This document shows, in pieces, positions 40,229-43,576 of a stretch of DNA of 43,576 nt. Below the pieces are notes generated by a model. It was given only the letters and a program-made list of their open reading frames with translations. It was not told where the DNA came from and searched no databases. The stretch lies in IMG/VR virus record IMGVR_UViG_3300045988_004347, positions 1 through 43,576 of that record; one strand, given 5' to 3'. The DNA is from a virus. A program made the position numbers and the translations under genes. The stretch's first letter is position 1, and each line of letters opens with the position of its first letter.

Positions 40229-40450
40229 TTACTTGAAAAGCCCCTGAAATTGGTTTGCCATTGACTGTATCTTGTTCAACTGGTCTTGTGAAATCCTGCC
40301 GCTTTGCAGCATCTTTCCCACTTCCGCTTTTGGGTCGCCTTTAAAACTTGCCTTGAACTGCTTGAACTGCTGTAAAAGCTGGGGAAATCCGCTCATCGAC
40401 CCCGGCATCTGTCCGCCGCCCAACGCATTGAAAAACGGATTGTTACTCAT
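40229..40450 (-). CDS. Accessory operon gene 4, Q-rich small protein (73 aa)
   Basis: Its start overlaps the upstream stop (ATGAGTAA). Sequence includes FPQLLQQFKQFKASFKGDPKAEVGKMLQSGRISQDQLNKIQSMANQF. Confidence 0.6.
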   Translation of the reverse strand: MSNNPFFNALGGGQMPGSMSGFPQLLQQFKQFKASFKGDPKAEVGKMLQSGRISQDQLNKIQSMANQFQGLFK

Positions 40451-40883
40451 CGTCCTCTTCCTCCTCCGCCTTGCGCTTCTTCTTGCCCTTTATTTCGCCA
40501 ACAAGCGCCGCCAGCGCGTCGAACTCCTTACGGGTCACATATTCCGTGGAGGGAGCTTTCTGCGCGTCAGGAGCACTTGCAAGGCGTTCCACAAGGTCAT
40601 ACGTCTTGAGCGTCGGCTTGCCGCTTGCATCAGCCTGTTTCAAGTAAACTACGGGAGCCGTGCTGTCCCACAGCGCAATAGCAGAGTTGGGCGCAATCAG
40701 CCAATTCTCCGCCTCCGGCCTACCAGCTACCCACTGTACGCCGCCCTGCGCCACCGGGTTTTGCATGGGTGGAATTTGCGGTATCTGTGGCGGCATGGTC
40801 TGCATCTGCTGCTGCCGAAGCTGGGCAAGGTTGTCCTGCATTGTCTGCGGGTAATAAGGGTTGAAATACGGGTTAAATGCCAT
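40443..40883 (-). CDS. Accessory operon gene 3, Q/P-rich N-terminus and acidic-basic tail (146 aa)
   Basis: MAFNPYFNPYYPQTMQDNLAQLRQQQMQTMPPQIPQIPPMQNP... then a folded core ...WLIAPNSAIALWDSTAPVVYLKQADASGKP... and the tail KKKRKAEEEEDDE. Confidence 0.65.
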   Translation of the reverse strand: MAFNPYFNPYYPQTMQDNLAQLRQQQMQTMPPQIPQIPPMQNPVAQGGVQWVAGRPEAENWLIAPNSAIALWDSTAPVVYLKQADASGKPTLKTYDLVERLASAPDAQKAPSTEYVTRKEFDALAALVGEIKGKKKRKAEEEEDDE

Positions 40884-40885
40884 AG

Positions 40886-41269
40886 TTACGCCTCACTTTC
40901 TTTTTGCCAGTAATACAAAACAATTTCGTTTTCGCTGTTCCAGCTGTCGTAAATTACGCCGTCCTGAACACACACGACGTGCCCGGATAGCGCAAGGATA
41001 AACGTCCCCTCCGGGTGTTCATCGGCGAACCTACCGACTGTGTAGCAATCCGGGCAAGTATCCGGCACCATGTACCGCCTGTAGCCTATCCGCCGAAGAT
41101 ACGCACCCCACACAGCGTTTGCGGATGGCATATCACCTTCCAGATACCCCTCTATTGCCATAGCAAGGTACGTTTCGCCCCACTCTTTCCCGGTGGCTTT
41201 TGAAATAGCCCGAACGGTGCAGTCTCCCACATTTTTCCCGTGTGGGTTTTCGTTGAAGTAGCTATACAT
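40886..41269 (-). CDS. Accessory operon gene 2, possible papain-fold thiol enzyme (127 aa)
   Basis: A candidate Cys/His/Asp triad is spaced as in papain-like folds: NVGDCTVRAIS, LSGHVVCVQDG and VIYDSWNS. Confidence 0.65.
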   Translation of the reverse strand: MYSYFNENPHGKNVGDCTVRAISKATGKEWGETYLAMAIEGYLEGDMPSANAVWGAYLRRIGYRRYMVPDTCPDCYTVGRFADEHPEGTFILALSGHVVCVQDGVIYDSWNSENEIVLYYWQKESEA

Positions 41270-41393
41270 GAGCTGCCACCAGCTCTATCACCCGCACATA
41301 GGCTTTTAGCCCCGGGAGGTCATCCTGATACGCCCAAATGATGTCCTCCGCCATCTGCTGGGTAAATCCCAACGACACCAACTTTTCGACCAT
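41262..41393 (-). CDS. Accessory operon gene 1, small protein (43 aa)
   Basis: Start is MVEKLVSLGFTQQMAEDIIWAY at 41393 (ACGGAGGTG RBS). The upstream part of the 60-aa ORF covers the terminator. It has an 8-nt overlap with gene 2. Confidence 0.5.
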   Translation of the reverse strand: MVEKLVSLGFTQQMAEDIIWAYQDDLPGLKAYVRVIELVAAHV

Positions 41394-41424
41394 GCAAGCA
41401 CCTCCGTTTCTTGCAATAAGCGTA

Positions 41425-41452
41425 ACAAAAAACTGCCCCCGCAAAGGGGCAG
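41425..41452 (-). terminator. Intrinsic terminator ~30 nt upstream of the accessory operon start
   Basis: 7-bp stem CTGCCCC/GGGGCAG with a 6-nt loop, then TTTTTTG on the minus strand. Confidence 0.75.
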
Positions 41453-41493
41453 TTAAAGGTCAGAAAAAGGCCGTTAATTTGCGAAATATTTAC

Positions 41494-41644
41494 TTGTACA
41501 ATACCGCAGAAACGATGTATAATAAAATCAGCCGCCCCGGAATACTCCCGGCGGGCATCTTTCCCTTTTTATACGCCCGGTTCACCCCCCCTACCGGGCG
41601 CAAACAAAGAAGCCGCACCTTTTCAGGTGCGGCTTCTTTCTTCG
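41494..41644 (+). ncRNA. Candidate ~115-nt sRNA, shown as promoter through terminator
   Basis: TTGTAC, an 18-nt spacer, then TATAAT with TG immediately upstream (41494-41523). The perfect 8-bp hairpin CGCCCGGT/ACCGGGCG follows. The terminator has an 11-bp stem GAAGCCGCACC/GGTGCGGCTTC plus TTTCTTC and overlaps the stop of the 80-aa gene. Confidence 0.45.
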
Positions 41645-41865
41645 TCTGCAAATTTCTGATACGCTCTCCTGCGGCACCGCTTTACCGTTTCCGGTGACAC
41701 GTTTAGCAGTAACGCCGTTTCACAATAGCTTTTCCGCTTCACGTCACATTCAATAACGCACACTGCTTCGTCAGGCGGTAGCTGGGCGCTCATAACATAC
41801 GCAATAGCCCGCTTTGGTGCCATACTCTGCAATCTGCGCCGTATCTGCTTGTGGTAGCTGTCCAT
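41623..41865 (-). CDS. Sigma-70 region-4-like HTH protein (80 aa)
   Basis: YCETALLLNVSPETVKRCRRRAYQKF is a region 4.2/LuxR-type HTH. No clear Shine-Dalgarno sequence is present. Confidence 0.6.
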   Translation of the reverse strand: MDSYHKQIRRRLQSMAPKRAIAYVMSAQLPPDEAVCVIECDVKRKSYCETALLLNVSPETVKRCRRRAYQKFADEERSRT

Positions 41866-41952
41866 AACACGGTTTTAGCCGTGAGCTTGCGGGACTTTAC
41901 GCCGGGGAAAGAGGCGGCTTGTCGTAGCTCTTTCCCGCCCAGCAGATTTATT

Positions 41953-43212
41953 TTACTTCACGATCTCCCACGTGCCGCTTTTCCCGTCCGCGCTCCGCGT
42001 CACCTTCACGGTGTACGTTTCGGTCACGGTCGGCTGTTCCGGTGTCTCCGGCTGTTCCGGCTCCTGCGGCTTCTCCGGCTCCACATATTCCAGCCCGCAG
42101 AACTCGCACAGCGCCTTGCAGTCCGCCACAGCGCAATCCTCCATGTGCTCGTGGAACCACGCCGCGTCCTCCGGGTTGTCGTGGTACACGTGCTCCTGGT
42201 ACACGGCGTAGGCGTTCGTGTCGTCCAGCTCGTGCAGGTCGCTCCGCGTCGCCGTCCGGCAGCCGTGGGGGTAGATGGCCTTGCGGTACTTCACCATCAG
42301 CTCTGCCAGTTTCTTCCCGTTGGCGCTGCTGGGGTGGTACATGGACAAAAAGCCCTTTACCGTGCCGTGCCCGGTGGGGCCGTTGGTGCTGCCGTTGGTG
42401 TGGGACACATAGTGCACCTTTGCGCCCCACTGATTGCTCTCCTTGATGGCGCGGTACATATAGTCCGGGCCGTACTCGTCGCTCATGGGCGTCCGGCGTG
42501 GGCCGCGCATGATGTCAAAGCCGCAGCGTTCCAGCATGGGCTGCAAAATGTCCAGAAACTCGTTGTTCTCCAGCGTCTCATAGCACTGCTGGCCATCGGG
42601 ACGCTTATAGCAGCACTGGTTGGCCATGTGGTACGCCGGGGACAGATAGATCTTCGGCTTCTCCGCAGGCGCGTCCTCGTCGCTCTCCTGATAATCCGGG
42701 TAGCCGAAGGTGTACGAGGACTTTACGCTGGCGTACTCCTTCTCGTACACGCCGCCGCCGTTGCTCACCACGCCGCTCTGTGGGCTGGTGTTGCCCTCAA
42801 TGGTGCGGAAGCCCTTGCCCACGATCTCCGTCACGATGCCCGTGTGGTCATCGCCGAAGAATACCTGTGCGCCCACCTTCGGCGTAGTGCCCAGCTGCCC
42901 CGCAGCCTTGAAGTACCGCTTCAGGTAGTACACGCCCGCGCCCAGACTGTCGTCCGGCAGGTTCTGCAGCCGCTTCGCCTCTGCTACGCCGAACGCCTGC
43001 ACGTTCACCCACGCCACGAACGTGGTGCACCACGGGTACCCCTGCTTTTTCCCGTTGTAGAAATGGGGGATGGCGTCAATGTCCCGTGCGTACTTCGTAA
43101 AGTTCTTGTCCCCTGCGTTAGCGGTCTTGCTGTCCAGCTGCGCGTTGGACGCTTTCTCAAGATAGCCCAGCTCCTCCCGGGCTATCTTGATGACTTTACT
43201 GCCGCCGTTCAT
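41953..43212 (-). CDS. Endolysin: N-terminal CHAP domain plus N-acetylmuramoyl-L-alanine amidase-like domain
   Basis: 419 aa. The CHAP Cys is in GYPWCTTFVAW and the His in GDDHTGIVTEI. A central amidase-like region follows (KIYLSPAYH...VHYVSHTNG...). The C-terminus has a PE-rich linker and a small beta domain. Confidence 0.85.
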   Translation of the reverse strand: MNGGSKVIKIAREELGYLEKASNAQLDSKTANAGDKNFTKYARDIDAIPHFYNGKKQGYPWCTTFVAWVNVQAFGVAEAKRLQNLPDDSLGAGVYYLKRYFKAAGQLGTTPKVGAQVFFGDDHTGIVTEIVGKGFRTIEGNTSPQSGVVSNGGGVYEKEYASVKSSYTFGYPDYQESDEDAPAEKPKIYLSPAYHMANQCCYKRPDGQQCYETLENNEFLDILQPMLERCGFDIMRGPRRTPMSDEYGPDYMYRAIKESNQWGAKVHYVSHTNGSTNGPTGHGTVKGFLSMYHPSSANGKKLAELMVKYRKAIYPHGCRTATRSDLHELDDTNAYAVYQEHVYHDNPEDAAWFHEHMEDCAVADCKALCEFCGLEYVEPEKPQEPEQPETPEQPTVTETYTVKVTRSADGKSGTWEIVK

Positions 43213-43430
43213 GCTGCTTCCCCCAGATCCTTCTCCTTTTTATAGCTGGCGCTGGAAATGCCCAGCACAGCACCGAGGAAAACGGTGATGCAGGAGATGG
43301 TGCTCACGATCTGCTCCGCATAGGGCCAGCCCCAGATACCTGCCAGACCGGAGTACAGCGCCGCAATAGCGGGCAGCACGATGATAACGCACCACTTGAT
43401 GATGTCATACATACGATTGCTCAGCTTCAT
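43209..43430 (-). CDS. Holin
   Basis: 73 aa with two TM helices (WCVIIVLPAIAALYSGLAGIW and ISCITVFLGAVLGIS) and a charged C-terminus. It has an ATGA overlap with the endolysin gene. Confidence 0.8.
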   Translation of the reverse strand: MKLSNRMYDIIKWCVIIVLPAIAALYSGLAGIWGWPYAEQIVSTISCITVFLGAVLGISSASYKKEKDLGEAA

Positions 43431-43435
43431 AATTC

Positions 43436-43576
43436 GTCCTTTCCGGCTTTACGCCTCTCGCTTGATGGGCAGCTTCCTTACTTCCTCCATGACCCGTTTT
43501 GCGCTGCCGTTGCCGCCCATCTTTTCATACGGCTGGTACAGATAGTCATTGAGGTTTTCGTACTCGTCCTGCGTGA
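43436..43576. repeat. Terminal direct repeat copy 2, identical to 1..141
   Basis: Same 141 nt as the window start. It duplicates the 3' part of the 14..322 gene. Confidence 0.9.

Larger units (their letters stand above)
1..43435 (-). mobile_element. Complete temperate siphovirus-like phage genome, one unit length
   Basis: All modules are present: lysogeny switch, serine integrase, recombination/replication, terminase, portal, capsid, tail and lysis. The identical 141-bp ends imply a closed unit of 43435 bp. Confidence 0.85.

Overview
The window is one complete unit (43,435 bp) of a temperate, siphovirus-like phage or prophage. Bases 1-141 are repeated exactly at 43436-43576, so the contig is circular or circularly permuted. 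About 90% is coding, and almost every gene is on the minus strand.

Gene order along the minus strand, from high to low coordinates:
- Cro-like HTH at 34708.
- Early genes: Rad52-like annealing protein, YqaJ-like exonuclease, NinB-like protein, SSB, DnaD-like replisome organiser and DUF1064 nuclease.
- A DNA-modification and anti-restriction block: PAPS-reductase/DndC-like protein, short C5-MTase, Lar-like peptide, MT-A70 MTase and ParB-N6/N4 MTase.
- A 620-bp ORF-free stretch carrying a tRNA-Trp-like element.
- TerS, TerL, portal, Mu-F-like protein, scaffold and capsid.
- Head-tail joining proteins, major tail protein, chaperone, Gp15-like protein and tape measure.
- Baseplate and fibre genes, including two glycine-rich paralogs.
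- Across the junction: holin and a CHAP+amidase endolysin.
- An insulated 8-gene accessory operon that ends at a candidate attP.

Plus-strand genes are a CI-like repressor, an AT-rich islet of small membrane proteins, an HTH-TM protein translationally coupled to a large serine integrase, and an AT-rich membrane-anchored Mrr-type nuclease gene inserted antisense in the tail module.

Most notable for follow-up:
- the unassignable accessory operon next to attP;
- the TM-Mrr moron;
- the ORF-free structured region containing the tRNA-like element;
- a G8 tract that breaks the frame of a fibre paralog;
- two promoter-plus-terminator antisense sRNA candidates.

No database search or RNA or protein folding was run. 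Every family call comes from reading motifs by eye. Host assignment (Clostridia-like, roughly 57-60% GC backbone) is inference only.
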